Positions 1 to 13,124 of a DNA stretch of 64,000 nucleotides are shown in pieces. A program made the position numbers and the translations under genes. Origin of the DNA: Bugula neritina. Lineage: Eukaryota > Animalia > Bryozoa. Numbering within the stretch: the stretch's first letter is position 1; each line of letters begins with the position of its first letter. The stretch lies in NCBI GenBank assembly GCA_964035545.1, contig OZ037765.1, positions 6,830,698 through 6,894,697 of the forward strand, read 5' to 3'. The notes under the pieces are model-generated. The model ran no database searches and had not been told where the DNA came from. It saw only the letters and a list, made by a program, of their open reading frames with translations.

Positions 1-3000
1 GTTGACCTTGACCTCTGTCAACATTACGTGGGACATGCCGTCGGAGCCTAATGGACATATACTGCGTTATCAAATTAAATATCATCCGCATGATGGTGAG
101 TTGCAGCTGCTAGTTTCTTAAACATCACGTGATATGAGTACCACAGTCTAGCATTGAGACCTTAGCCTCAGAGCATGAGTAATGATTGTCATGAGAGATT
201 AGTTTCTAGCTCACTAATGTCAGAGTATGTATTCAATACTGGCTACTTGATTGCTGGTAGATAAGGCACTAGAAAATTGTGCTATATGTCGTGAAATATC
301 AAGTAACTGGTTGTTTTAACTTATCTAAATACTACAGCCCCTGCAGAGCTCATGGGTTTTCAAAGCTGCGGTAACAACACTGGTGCACCTCGTGAAAAAA
401 GAGGTATTATATTACTGCTTGGCATGTAAACAAACAATGTGGAGTCAACGAGTTGTTTGAATGCATTTAGTGCATGCATTTACATCACATGAGTAGTTCA
501 TAAGCAAACTGTATTGATAATATTGCTGTAGTAACAGATAATGATACTTTAACGTCAGCCAGTAGTGGAAGCCTATAATAATATGCAATATGAATAATGG
601 GTGTGGTGTGTGAGTATGTTGTGATGTAATGTGTGCTGCCATAGTGTGTACACATGTGCGTTGTGTATATGTATTTGATGTGTATGTGTAAATGTAGCTG
701 TACACGTAGGTGCAACTATATATGTGTGTAATTTATATATGTATGTATGTGGTAAATACATGTAGGTAATGTGTACATGTAGCTAATGTGTACATGTAGG
801 TAATGTGTACATGTAGCTAATGTTACATGTAGGTAATGTGTACATGTAGGTAATGTGTACATGTAGGTAATGTGTACATGTAGGTAATGTGTACATGTAG
901 GTAATGTGTACATGTAGCTAATGTGTACATGCCTGTAGTGAGCTATTGTAATGCAGTATTGCAAGTGAAAAAGTTGGCTGCTATTTTATGTTTCCTCCAT
1001 ATTTTTCTTAGCAATACCGGATGGTGAGTGTAGAACTGCTGCTGCTTTTATACATGTGGCTCTCTGGTGCTTCTTAACTATTAGCTTATTATTACTGTAT
1101 TCTATGTTATGTATATATATGTTATATTATGCTTGTTAAATTGGGATAGAATGGGTGCACAACTTCTGTGTTATGTTGGAAACTCTACTAGAATACATGT
1201 GCAGTGTTCCTACCCTGTCTCATTGTTATACGTTTGTTACTATTTGGCATGTTTGTGTATCACCAGATAACTTAGCATTCACTCTGCATAAAGATGTGTG
1301 CTGATATAGTTAGAAAAATCCTGCTATTAATAGATTATGCTACAAGATACTTTGTTGGGCATTTTATTTTTTTTCTCTAGCATAACATAATTAACACATG
1401 TTCAACATATTCAGTCTGAATCCTTTTATTATATAGGAAAGTGCTGGTCTTCAAAATTATTTATTAAAATATATGGATTGCATCCTTTTAAATTACTTTC
1501 TGTGGTTAGAAAGGTGCAACTAACTACTGCATGGCTACTAGAACTAACATTGACTACTTTCAATGTTTTTTATTCAATGACATTAATTTAAAAACTATGA
1601 ATTTTGAATAGAGATTGTGAGGAGTTCAAACTTACTGGCCTAATGGCTTTGCAATATAACTCAAAAGCAGTACCACCATATGCAAAAAACGTCCTCTATT
1701 TTGTATTATGAAAACTGATATGTCCAATTTTTTCTGATGTACTTTAATTTAAACTTTCTACACCCTTACACATCTAGCTTTGTAGTATAATATAACTTGA
1801 AGTCAGCTTTTTAATGTAACATTTTGTTGTCAATAGAAACAGGAGTTGTGGCCTCAACATCGATGTACGTCGCTCATCCAACTACATTCCTAGAGATTAG
1901 TAAAGTTGATCGCAACACCACATACAACATTACAGTGTGGGCTTACACTGTTAAGGGGGAAGGCACTCCATCCGACATCTCTTATACCACTGGACCCAAA
2001 TATGGTTTGTCTTCTCTTTCGTTTTATTCATTGAACTCTGCTGTAGGCATTATGACTATGCTTGAGCAGTGATTACCACTGTTTCAAGTGTGATGCCACT
2101 CGTACCAATAGCTGCAAGTTAATTATTCCAGACATTTATTTGTTCCCTCACTTGAAGAATTGTCTTCCATCTTTTGTTTAAAATGTAGTAAGGTAACAAA
2201 CAGTTAAAGTAAGTTAAACGGACAGTTAAAGTAAGTTAAACGGACAGTTAATATAAGTTAAAAGACAGTTAAAGTAAGTTAACAGACAGTTAATATAAGT
2301 TAACAAACAGTTGAAGTAAGTTAAACGGACAGTTAAAGTAAGTTAAACGGACATTGTAGGAGTCCCAAGTGCACCAACAAAAGCCGAGTATTCTGTGGAA
2401 GATACTGGAGTGCTTGTCAAATGGACAGTAGGGGCAGAGGGTAAAGCTCCCGTTCTTGGCAGTGTTATTGAAGGATTGGATAATGGTAGGACTTATTCAT
2501 GACTCACTTCTTTATGCAGTGATGAAATATTATTAAATTATTTGATTTCCTTTTTTGATACATCGACTTCATATTTGGAGTAACACTGGTATGGTTGAGA
2601 TTGTAGTGTATTATTATATAACTGGTTATGATTCTTCTGTTGCATGGCATGTTAGTACAAACAACATTGTTTTTTGTTTAATGTAATATAAGCTTTGTAA
2701 CATTTTGAATAAAATATAAATTCAGACATTTTGCTGTATAACAGACAGCATATTCACTTATGCGTCTGTTGTATTTTTTAATATTACTAACAAATGACTA
2801 TGAAGTAATGTTAGAAAGATTTGGCCTTAAAATATAAAACTATAGTTAAAATATATAAGTGTATTGGTAGTAAAGTACAAATGTTTTGTTAGACTATGAT
2901 AGATAAGTGTCAACGTGATCTCTAGTCACTGAAACAAAACATTGTGTGATGCAGATTGGAAATATTTGGTGAGACACACAGATAACTCCGTAGAAAAAGT

Positions 3001-5268
3001 TCTTCTACCCAACTCTCTCCTTGGTGGCGTTACGTTCACCAGGTATAGAGTCAGTCTCTTCAACAAGCATGGACTCGGTGAAAATACGGAGGCTGAGAAA
3101 ACCGTCCCCATATATAAGACTTGGTGGTTCTTAGTCATAGTGGGCTTAGGGGCTCTGGTGATCATAATAATAGTGACGGCCGTTCTGTGCTGCTACTGCT
3201 ACAGGACAAGAGGTTTGTTTTCTGTATCATATAATTCATGATTTTTATATACCAGACTTGTTGCCCTGCGAAGTCTGTCTCTTTTTGTTTAGATTGTATG
3301 TTTATGTTAATATAATAATTGTATATATTTTTTGTAGTGCCAATGTATATTGGATGATTTGTGTAAATATTTAATTCTTATATGACATTCATTTAACCAT
3401 ATTTTATATTTTTAATAAGATATTTTTAAGTCAAAAGTTGGTTGTGTAATTGTAAAATTTGATGTCCATAATATTTAAGTTACTCGTTGTTAATATACCG
3501 TTTTATTCTTTTTATAGCCAAACTTGCAGAGCAGGCATATGAACAGGATGTTATCGGAGGGGGAATAGACACTGGCTACAACTCGTACGAAATGAGGTCA
3601 TCATTAAAGAGGGACAATCGCCGCACTTCAAATAAATACAGGTAACCATGCTTGTTCACCCGCTTTCTCTTGCTACTAAACTTGCTGATGCAAAAGGTGA
3701 ATAGTAAACCATAATAACAATGTTACATCTTCTCTACTTTACCTGCAACATATGAAACTCGTATCTTTGACATTTCTTCCTTCATACTCAAGGTCGTTTT
3801 TATGGTTTACAGTGCAATGCGCCGCAAGATAGAAAAACGGTACGGCATGGGGCTGGTGCATGCACAATATAAATGTCTCCTTGCTTATTTATCAGGCGCC
3901 ATGTTTCATTATATAACAAGCTTATACAACTATCTAAATTTCTCTAATATAACTGAGCTTTCAGCAAAACTTAACACTAATTATTTTTAGCCACATATAC
4001 AAAAGGGTGGAGTAATATTGATTCGTGCACACTAACTGGTTTGCTATGCTCGAAAACTTGATTTGTTTTGACAATTTGAAATTTTTTGTTTTACTATAAC
4101 AAATAATTTCTTCTATTATATTTTATGTATTTTATCAACTGCAGGGCCGAACCACCCAGACCCAGTCCTGGTGCAGTCGTGTACTCCGCTGAAAATATGC
4201 CACCGTCATATGATGACTGTAGCGTCACCGAGAAAGGTGACATGTCCAGCGATGAAGACGACGATGAAACTAAGGTCAGTCCGAACGGCTATGCTACGTT
4301 TATTATGTTTTAAAGTAAAAACATTACTTCGTTAATTTGCAAAGAGAGTTTAATGTTTTAATTGTTCTAGGTTGCATAGGCAGGCTTATGAAATGTTTGT
4401 TTCATTCTTGCAGAGCTGGTCAACAGTTGATAAATAGTAGGTTAGTTGAAGGCGGAACGGAAATCTTCTTTCTGTTTGTCTTCTCTTGAGCATGATTATT
4501 TGCAGCCTTGACCTTGTTCGCTTTTAAAATTACATTAAATCTATAAATTATGTTTTTGGAGTTTTTACCTTTTAAACATAGAAACGTGGCTTATCTTGTT
4601 ATCATCTGAGAAATTCACAGAAAAGTTCTGCCCTCTGTGTTTTAAATGAATGCTGATTTCTCCCTCTGTGTGACATTACTTTGCATACATGATGCCTGTA
4701 CTGTCAACAGTATGATTACTAGCTAGTACCTTTAAGTATTGTCAGGATTGTGTGGCCACACCGTTTGATATTTAAACTGATAAGCCCTGCGAGATCCCCC
4801 TTCCATGCACGAACACTAAGATCTTCATGCGCATTACAACAGATGCTTTTCCCACTTCATTCAAAATGTTAAGTATATTGTATGTTTCATATAATTCTCT
4901 AGGGGAAAGCAAGCATTACTGATAGTAGTGATGATGAAGTTGATAAAGCTGGAGCTAGCTCAGTCAATACCAGCTACAATAATTATCAATATCGAGGTTA
5001 CAACCCCTACGTGCAATCTGGTGCAGTCCAACAATCATGGCAAAACTCGTTTGGCAGAGGCAGAAATCAACTTAGCATGTATGCATATACTGACAGTGAG
5101 GCAGAGAGTAGCCTTGCACCTTCTACTAGTCATTACAGATCTACAAATGGTCTTCTGGAAAATTCTCAGCAGCGCAATGGCGTTCGAATTCAACCAAGTC
5201 ACGTGGGCAGTTCTCCCGATTTACCCGGTTCTCGAACACCTTTACCGAATTTCACCTCCTTTGTTTAA
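1..5268 (+). CDS. sdk: Sidekick-family cell adhesion protein, 3' part (last FN3 domains, TM helix, cytoplasmic tail)
   Basis: Exons <1-95, (1012-1023), 1837-2004, 2360-2485, 2955-3212, 3518-3641, (3813-3839), 4145-4274, 4903-5268, all GT-AG and in phase. FN3 motifs (VNITWDMPSEPNGHILRYQI; YNITVWAYTVKGEG), TM segment WWFLVIVGLGALVIIIIV, PPRPSP motif, and C-terminus PGSRTPLPNFTSFV matching the Sidekick PDZ-binding tail (..FSSFV). Confidence 0.93.
757..930. repeat. 17-bp minisatellite (ACATGTAGGTAATGTGT), ~10 copies
   Basis: Directly visible tandem array in an sdk intron. Confidence 0.95.
2196..2352. repeat. ~22-bp minisatellite (CAGTTAAAGTAAGTTAAACGGA), ~7 copies
   Basis: Tandem array ending a few bases before the acceptor at 2358-2359. 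Confidence 0.92.
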
Positions 5269-5972
5269 GGAATATCTGATGAATACCATGAGGTCATATC
5301 TCCATTATACACACCTGTACTATCTATTCTATATAACCACAACATATATAAACATAGCAAGTGCTCAATTATGTATCATATCACTAATCATTGTCCTTCA
5401 TCACCAAACCCTATTATATAATGCAACTTGCATATGCCACATCCAACTTATCTCACAAAAATCTGTTGCCTATGAATGAATGTTATGCATAATAGTTAGT
5501 GTCTATTTTTAATACCATGTTGCTCATTTGGATGTTATTTGGAAAAAAATTATTATAAATAAGTGTATATTTGTATATGTGTGTAGATTTTACATGTCAT
5601 ATATCAACGATTTTGCAAAATCTTGTATTTTTATAGCTGGAAAACAAAGCCTTGTAAAATCATGCATACTATTTTCAATAAATTTGAAATTTGCATAAAC
5701 TTACTACATCAGCAAGCTGTTAATTTACATATAGTAGACTTAAATTTATTACACATATTTTCCCACTATTCATCACAACAGTATATAGTAGTTTTATTGT
5801 TTGCAACATAAATTACCACAGGCTACAAAAAGCATTAACAGCATTTTTTAGCAGCAAAATGTCTAATAAGGTGGATAACTTGGAAAAATAATGAAAAAAT
5901 AGACAACTATAAAATAGAGCACATGTTATAAAAATAATGACTTGCAGCTAAACTATAGCGTGATTACAGATC

Positions 5973-8900
5973 TTACAGCCTTTTCTTTTCATATAAATTT
6001 GCCTCTTCATAAGCAGGTGGGGCTGAAGCTGCGGCGTATGCAGTGTTGGGTTTGTTAGGGTCATAGTATGCTGCGGGCATCTGCTGAGTGGCAGCATTCT
6101 CTGGAGGTGTATACATTGGAGTGTTGGGGATTAGGCCAGGGTAAGGTGGAGGTGCATCGGTCATGTACACAGAAGATGCTGTAAAAAGTGAATACCATAC
6201 TATAAAATCAAACTTAAATTATCAGAAAAGTGCAAATATTACTAAAACATCAGTGACTCAGAGAAGAATGCAATGCATTGAGACAAAGGTCAGCATGGTA
6301 CAGTTGACAGTTAATGAAGAAGAATTGTAGGTAAAGGATATCAAGTCTTAGAAAATCTCAGAATACCTGGAGGTGCTGAAGGGAATGTAGAATAAGGCAG
6401 CCACCCATAGTTAGGATCACCACACACCAACCCATAAGCTGGAGGAGGAGCTTGAAATATGTTCCCTTGAGGTGTGTATTGCGGTGGTTGAGGTCTTGGA
6501 GCTCGGTTACTTAAAGCTAAAGCAAATACACCAATTACAAAGAAAATGCAAAAATTAATAGAACAGTAGAGTTGCATGTTCATCTAATCCACAAAAGTAA
6601 TAAAACTGCACTTGAACTGATGCGTGACAATTTTTTGGCAACATATTTACCGAGCTGTCCCGCTTTCATCATTGCCTGCCCAAACTCTATAGCACCGCCA
6701 GAGTAGAACCACAGCTTAAACTTAGCAGTTCCAACCCAGTTGCCGCCATTCTCAGCAACCACCTTTCCTTTCAGATGATTAGCTCCAAAGATTGGCTGCT
6801 CCAATTCAAACTCTCTCATGCAGTTAAATGGTACACTGAACGACTTTAGCAAGTCACTTTGATGAGTGTTGGTAAAGATTATCTACAAAAATACAAACAC
6901 ATATAATTGGCGCATTTAAGCCTAAAAAGAGAATATTTTAAAGAATGTAAATTGGTTTCAACAATTTTACTATGTATAGTATCACACTGTTTTGACTTGC
7001 AAATACAGGCAATTCAAAGTTTGCAATGAATCTTTGGTTTCAGGCAGTAAAAATATATCTAATATATATATTATATATTCAAATTGTGTAATCAACCCCC
7101 ACAAAAACTATAAATTGAAGAAAAACACCAACCATCATTACAGACACTACAAATTCTAAGCTGTCTTCCAAAAACGGTAGAGATGAGAAGATAAGATAAA
7201 GATAACTCAAGTGACGGCAAAAAGTTACTGACTCTGTGAGACGTGAGATAGATTTCTCCCTTCTTTTCACCTTTGAAAGCAGCAACACTATTTTCAGAAA
7301 TTGCGAGCCGGACATCATTTGCGTATAGCAGAATTCTAACAAGAAAAATCAAATACTGCAAACGCTAAAATATTTTTTATAATACATTTTATATAATATT
7401 TTAAATAATATATATTATATATAAATATATTACTTATATGCAATAACCATAACATATAGAGATACTTCTACTAATAAGTATTTGTATGTATCAAGTCTCC
7501 ATAAAAAGTGGCAAACTCTAGCTTCTAATTATAAGCTAAAATGTTAATTGACGCCATTCCTTGTATTTCTAGGTCAATTATCTCTGGTATTTAATCAGCG
7601 AAAGCATTTAAAATGTAGTAGATACAATTTGCAAAAATATTCTGCTTTTGCTTTGAAAAAATGTTATTATATATTGACTTCTATGCATGCATACAAATTT
7701 CAATTTATGACAAATAAATGGCAATAAAATATAGTGCAAAACAGCTTCTATAGTGCTAATATGACTTGTAGGAAAATTTTGGAAAGGTACACATTTTGAA
7801 TGATCAATTACAATATATTTACCATGATAAACAATGTTTTATAATTCTACTTAGTATTCACAGCTAAATTAACAAATGACCACTAACATGATTATAATCA
7901 TAAAAATAATGTATAATACCCTATTGAATATACGATGATTATAATCTTAATAATGAACATTGGATCCAATCATTCATAATGATAAGACTAAGCCTAACTC
8001 ATACACGATTATAAAATGAAGCATGATAACAATTATGATTATTATTATGACCTAAAATAGAACAGGAAAAGTCAAACTAATAGTGATAATAACATTAACA
8101 CTCCAAGACAATTAATGAGAGTTATTGCTCCAGCTAATCTTGAATTTGATTTTTATAAATGGTCAGACTTACAGTAAAACTTAGTCTCAGTCTTACTCTT
8201 TGTAAAAATCCAGTTCAATAATTACTAGCATTGCCACTATAATTTTTACTTGAACTTTAAGCCATAAGTGACTAACTATAGCGACTAATAACCTACTAAA
8301 TAAGTAACTAATAGTAATTAGTAATGATACTGATAGTGATAGTATTACTATTACTATTAGTAATATTAGTAGTATTACATTATTACTATTAGTATTAGTA
8401 CATATAACTATATGTTATATAATTATTAGTATTAGTATAACTATAAGATTAGGTAATAGTAATAATACTATGACCACTGGCATTACTATTACTACTATTA
8501 GTATTACTATTAGTACTAGTACTATAAGTATAACTATTGGCATTACTATTAGTACTAGTGCTATAAGTATAAGTATAACTATTGGCATTACTATTAGTAT
8601 TAGTACTAGTATTAGTATTACTACTATTAGTATTAGTATCACTATTAGTATTAGTATTACTATAAGTATAAGTATTAGTATAACTATAAGTATTACACTG
8701 ACTCTGAGTCTAACAGTACCACTATAAAAATTGTAACAATTGTGAACTCATAGTGATAGTGATAATTCAATTGTAAATTTATTTAATTAAAAATTAGTAA
8801 ACCACTAAATGTAATATTTATATTCACATTGAATATTACTATTAGTATTACACTTATAGCATTAGCATTACTGATTATTGCCATTAGTATTACTATTACA

Positions 8901-9194
8901 TTAACTTTAGTTTTAGTGATTTACTATTTTAATATGAACACAAATATTTGTCCAAATGAATTAAAATTTAAAATTGATTACCAGAATTAATCAATAGCGT
9001 ACGTTTAACTTTATAAATAAATAATTTAAATTGATATAAAATTAAATAACATAATTAAATAATTAAATATAAATAAATAAATAATTATTAATATTATTAT
9101 TTTAATTTATTTATTATAATTTTAATTTATACCTTTCGCCATTGTACAATATGATCCCTGCTCCGTTAAAAGCATGAGCTGTGTTTAGGGCCAT
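5973..9194 (-). CDS. WBP2: WW domain-binding protein 2 (GRAM domain + PPxY motifs), ~250 aa
   Basis: Exons 9194-9133, 7335-7233, 6882-6651, 6516-6367, 6178-5973 (753 nt). MALNTAHAFNGAGIILYNGER..., GEIYLTSHRIIF, EQPIFGANHLKG, SGGAIEFGQAM, PPPAY/PPPY/PPAY motifs. Confidence 0.95.
8260..8930. repeat. Promoter-proximal (ANT)n low-complexity tract, WBP2 intron 1
   Basis: AGT/ACT alternating with ATT/AAT/ATA; produces the spurious Ile/Ser/Thr ORFs in the track. Confidence 0.9.
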
Positions 9195-9786
9195 TTCAAT
9201 AACGATAATATATGCAAACCAAATATAGGACAAGTATTAGATTTAAAAAGCTGCCTTCATTACAGTTTTCTTGCACCATTAACTTCAACAACAATATTCG
9301 GGTTTGACAATTGGTATTGCATAATCTCAATATAGCCTTAGGTTTTCTGCTAACTATCGCCACTTTTATGAGTCGGAAATGGCGTTCCAACATATACATA
9401 AGTTAGGAAAAATGAATACTTCTATTTTAAATTAAAATAAAATTGCTTTTGAAATGCAATAAAAATATATTGTTTACAAGTTTTGTATTTATCCAAACAC
9501 AGGTAACATTTTAGGGGAACATAATGGGATATTTTAATAAGTCCCGCTAAAATTTACAGCTGTTGTTCTGTAACTTTATTACTACGGAGCGTCATGCGCA
9601 AATTTCGAACAGATGTGAAGATCTAAGGTTGGTGTTTTGCTAAATGGCGAGAAGTTGCTATGCCTAAACTCAGTTGAAAAGTTCCAAAAAATCGACTTTT
9701 TTCTGCCGCTCTCCTTATGCATCAAATTCTCTCACTTTATTAGCTAAGGAAGAAGTGCATGCTAAACTAGTTTGGGCAATTAAAAG
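9195..9786. promoter_or_regulatory. Probable bidirectional promoter, WBP2 / RNF220
   Basis: Head-to-head genes; local CpG enrichment; YY1-like AAATGGCG (~9377, ~9642), NRF1-like CATGCGCA (~9593); + strand donor AAAG|GTAAAA at ~9786. TSS positions are inferred. Confidence 0.55.
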
Positions 9787-12700
9787 GTAAAAAACGAATA
9801 GCATACCTAAAACTTAACTACTTGGAGATTGTAATTTGTGGCTTGCTGAACTTCAAATTACACTTATGCACACTTACACAATTTAACTAGATTTACAACA
9901 ACAATTGATATTATGAATAGTATATGATTTAATTGGTGTACGCTAAATTTTATTTTATGAAGTTATGTCTCAAGATCAAAAGCGTTCCGAGAATAAATAG
10001 TATGTAATTGTATTATACTGTTACTGTAACTAGTACTACGTTTTACACTTACAGTTACTATTTACTATTTAGTAATTTACTCCTTAAAGTTATTCATTAA
10101 ATTAAAATTTCATTTAATCTGATGTATAGTAATACTAAAAGTAGTAGTAATGCTGTATAGTAATAGTGTATAGTTCAATATTAGTAGTAATACTAAAAGT
10201 AGTAGTAATGCTGTATAGTGTATAGTTCAATATTAGTAGTAATACTAATTGTTATAACTTATATAATATTATTGCTATTAATAATAATATTTATATACTT
10301 TAACTTATAGTTATAGTTATAGTATTACTATTAATGTAAATTATAAACTATTACTATCTAGCAACATGTTCAGTGAGTCTTCTATGGACATGTGTTTGCT
10401 TTTCTGGGAATCTTCTAAACTTCTTGGCTAGTTTTGAAAAACACTCTATTCAGATGGTTTTGAACGTGTGAAATCTGTGTTTTTTTACAAAAAAATATCC
10501 AAAGGCAAAGAACAAGTAGCATTCATAGCATTTAAACTTTTTTGACTCTACAAAACCTGCAGTTTTCTTGTTTAGCTTTTACAGCAGCATTTTAAATGAT
10601 TGGCAGTTTCATAAAAAATATTCAACTTTAAATATATTTATTAGCTTTTTACATAGATTAATTTCAAGTTTTGAAATAGCATTTAATTAGAAGTTTTGAC
10701 TCTGAAAGTTGTTACTAAATACATAAATAAAACAAATACTTGGTTGCTTCTTCTATAACCATCACTATGCAAGTAGTATTATACTGCTGATAATATTTTT
10801 GCTTACTGGCATAAAAGTATTTATTTGTATGTTGTCCATTGATTGCTTAATGAGCACTTTCTCTTGCAACTAGTGGATAAACATGTCTCAGTACAATTAC
10901 ATACGTATGTATATTGTATTATACTTATCCATAGTAAATCAATTTATCAGAGTTGTCTCCTCTCAAATTTGTTGCACTTTCTGTAGTATATACACTAAAC
11001 CTTAGATCTGTAAAAGCATGGTTTACGTTGAAGTTGCAATTTATCTGCTCTGCAGTTCTTTTTGTATCACTGCATGTTATGATGTGCCTTGAGAGTTTCT
11101 TACTGGATTTGTGAAATATTATTTCTATGGTGTGATATCTTCTTTCTTTTGTTAAGTTTGGCTGACAGTGTAGTAATTAGCAAAACTTGGTTTAAGTCAC
11201 CTCAAGTCACTTGAGTCAAGTAAGGAAGTTGGTTTATCTGAGTCATTATAAAATGATTTGCAACATTAAATAAATATAGAGAATGCTCTTATAAAATATT
11301 AATTATTATTAGTTTATTATTATTGTTATTATTATTAATTAATATTAATTATATTAAACATATTGAATGGAAATTGGTATTTGCTTACATTTAGCAGTTT
11401 AAATAACAAAAAATAGCTTAATAACCTTAGTTGGGGTTTAAAAGCGTATTTATTTGTAATTCTTTAATAAGAATACAACCTAAAATATTTACTACAACAC
11501 AGTTTAACCAGCTGTTTAGTTACAGTAGCTATTTAATGTATTTATAATTTTAATCTTTTTAAAGGGTTTTAATGATTATTCTAATTTAATGATTCATAGT
11601 CAGTATCATGTAGTTATTTTTGATTTTATTAATTGAATACAGCTATGTATGAAATTGAAAATAATCAAAACTGAAACTAAATTTTTTTTATCTGCTTATG
11701 GTATGTAACGTGTCCCTCCCCCATTTAACTGTAATATATTAATTGATAATTGATAATGTGATTTCATCTAACTGTTGAATAATTTCAGTAAATATTTACT
11801 AAAATGTCTCGTAATACGGTTGCAACAGTAGCTTATAATAGCCAACAATAATATAAACAGTATTTTGTCTAATCACTCTAATGGATAATTTGAAGGTTCT
11901 AAGCAAATCTGGGAACTTAAATTGAAATGCAAGCAATTTTTTACAGAAATAAATTGTCTACATCTAAATTTTTTGTCACTATTTTTCAACTTCACCAAAT
12001 CTCCCCTCAAAATTTTTCTATAAATTGAGCATAATCACTGAGCTAATAGTTATTTTATTGCTTACATGCTCATGTCAATAAATCCTAATATATTGCAGAA
12101 TCACTTTTGTTTTAAACTTATAATCTAGTATCAGTTTGCATATTTTATAAATTATGCTATTAAGAATCAAGGAGTGCTTGCTTGCTAATTGTTAATATAA
12201 ACTGCTTGAGTAGCCCAGTATTATATGGCTGGGGGACTATGACAACTGCTATAACCTATACCATTTTTTTCTATTTATACTTTAATCATAAGCACCTCTT
12301 TATATTTAAGCATAATAAAACATGAGTTTATTTATGGTTTGTGATAAATATTATTATAAATATAGTTACATAATAAGTCAGAAGATACACCTGGAACCAA
12401 TTTTTGTAGTTAATTAAAATTAAAGTTTGCAGGCTTTGGTTTCAAAAAATACATTTTTATTTGGGTGTACTTGTAAAATGTACCTTTGATAAAATATTAA
12501 ATATTACCAGGTCTGTTTTTCTATTTCTTCAGTTCATAAACTCCAGCTCTGTTTCATTTTTATTCATCCACTTTCTAGAAATCTTACGTAAATCTAGTGG
12601 TACTAGTCAATTGTTTATCTTTTGTTGAAATTCATTGGTTTGCCATAATTTTCTCAATACTGATCAATAAATTATATTCAGCACCAAGTCTTACGATTTC

Positions 12701-13124
12701 TGCCAATACTTCCATTGTCAGCAATATTCAATTGTTCACCAGTCATGACTAGTACCATTAATTAACTCATGAAGTCTGACTTATTGTTTTTACCTGCGTG
12801 ATCAATAAAAGGTAAAGAAGCTAGAAACAACCAACTTCACTTCTTTTCTACCTTTGTATCTTTAGCATTATGTAGCTTGTTAGCTTCTTCAGTTCAAAAT
12901 AATCAGAACAATAAACCTGATCAATGTGACCTGCTATTAACTTCTTATTGTTTATAAGGGTGTCAATCAATTTTATGGGTGGTTGAAACAAATGAAACAA
13001 TGATGTATACATATATATACCTCCTTCCAGACACATTATCAATCATTTGAGGGGAAACTGTTGTAGGTTTTGGTTCAGTTATAGTTTATAATTATTTTGT
13101 TGAGCAATATAACATATTTTCCTA

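Noticed and set aside
8415-8727. Hydrophobic or Ile/Ser/Thr-rich ORFs (also 39259-39882)
   Set aside because: Automatic products of the (ANT)n triplet repeat; they lie in introns and have no protein-like complexity.
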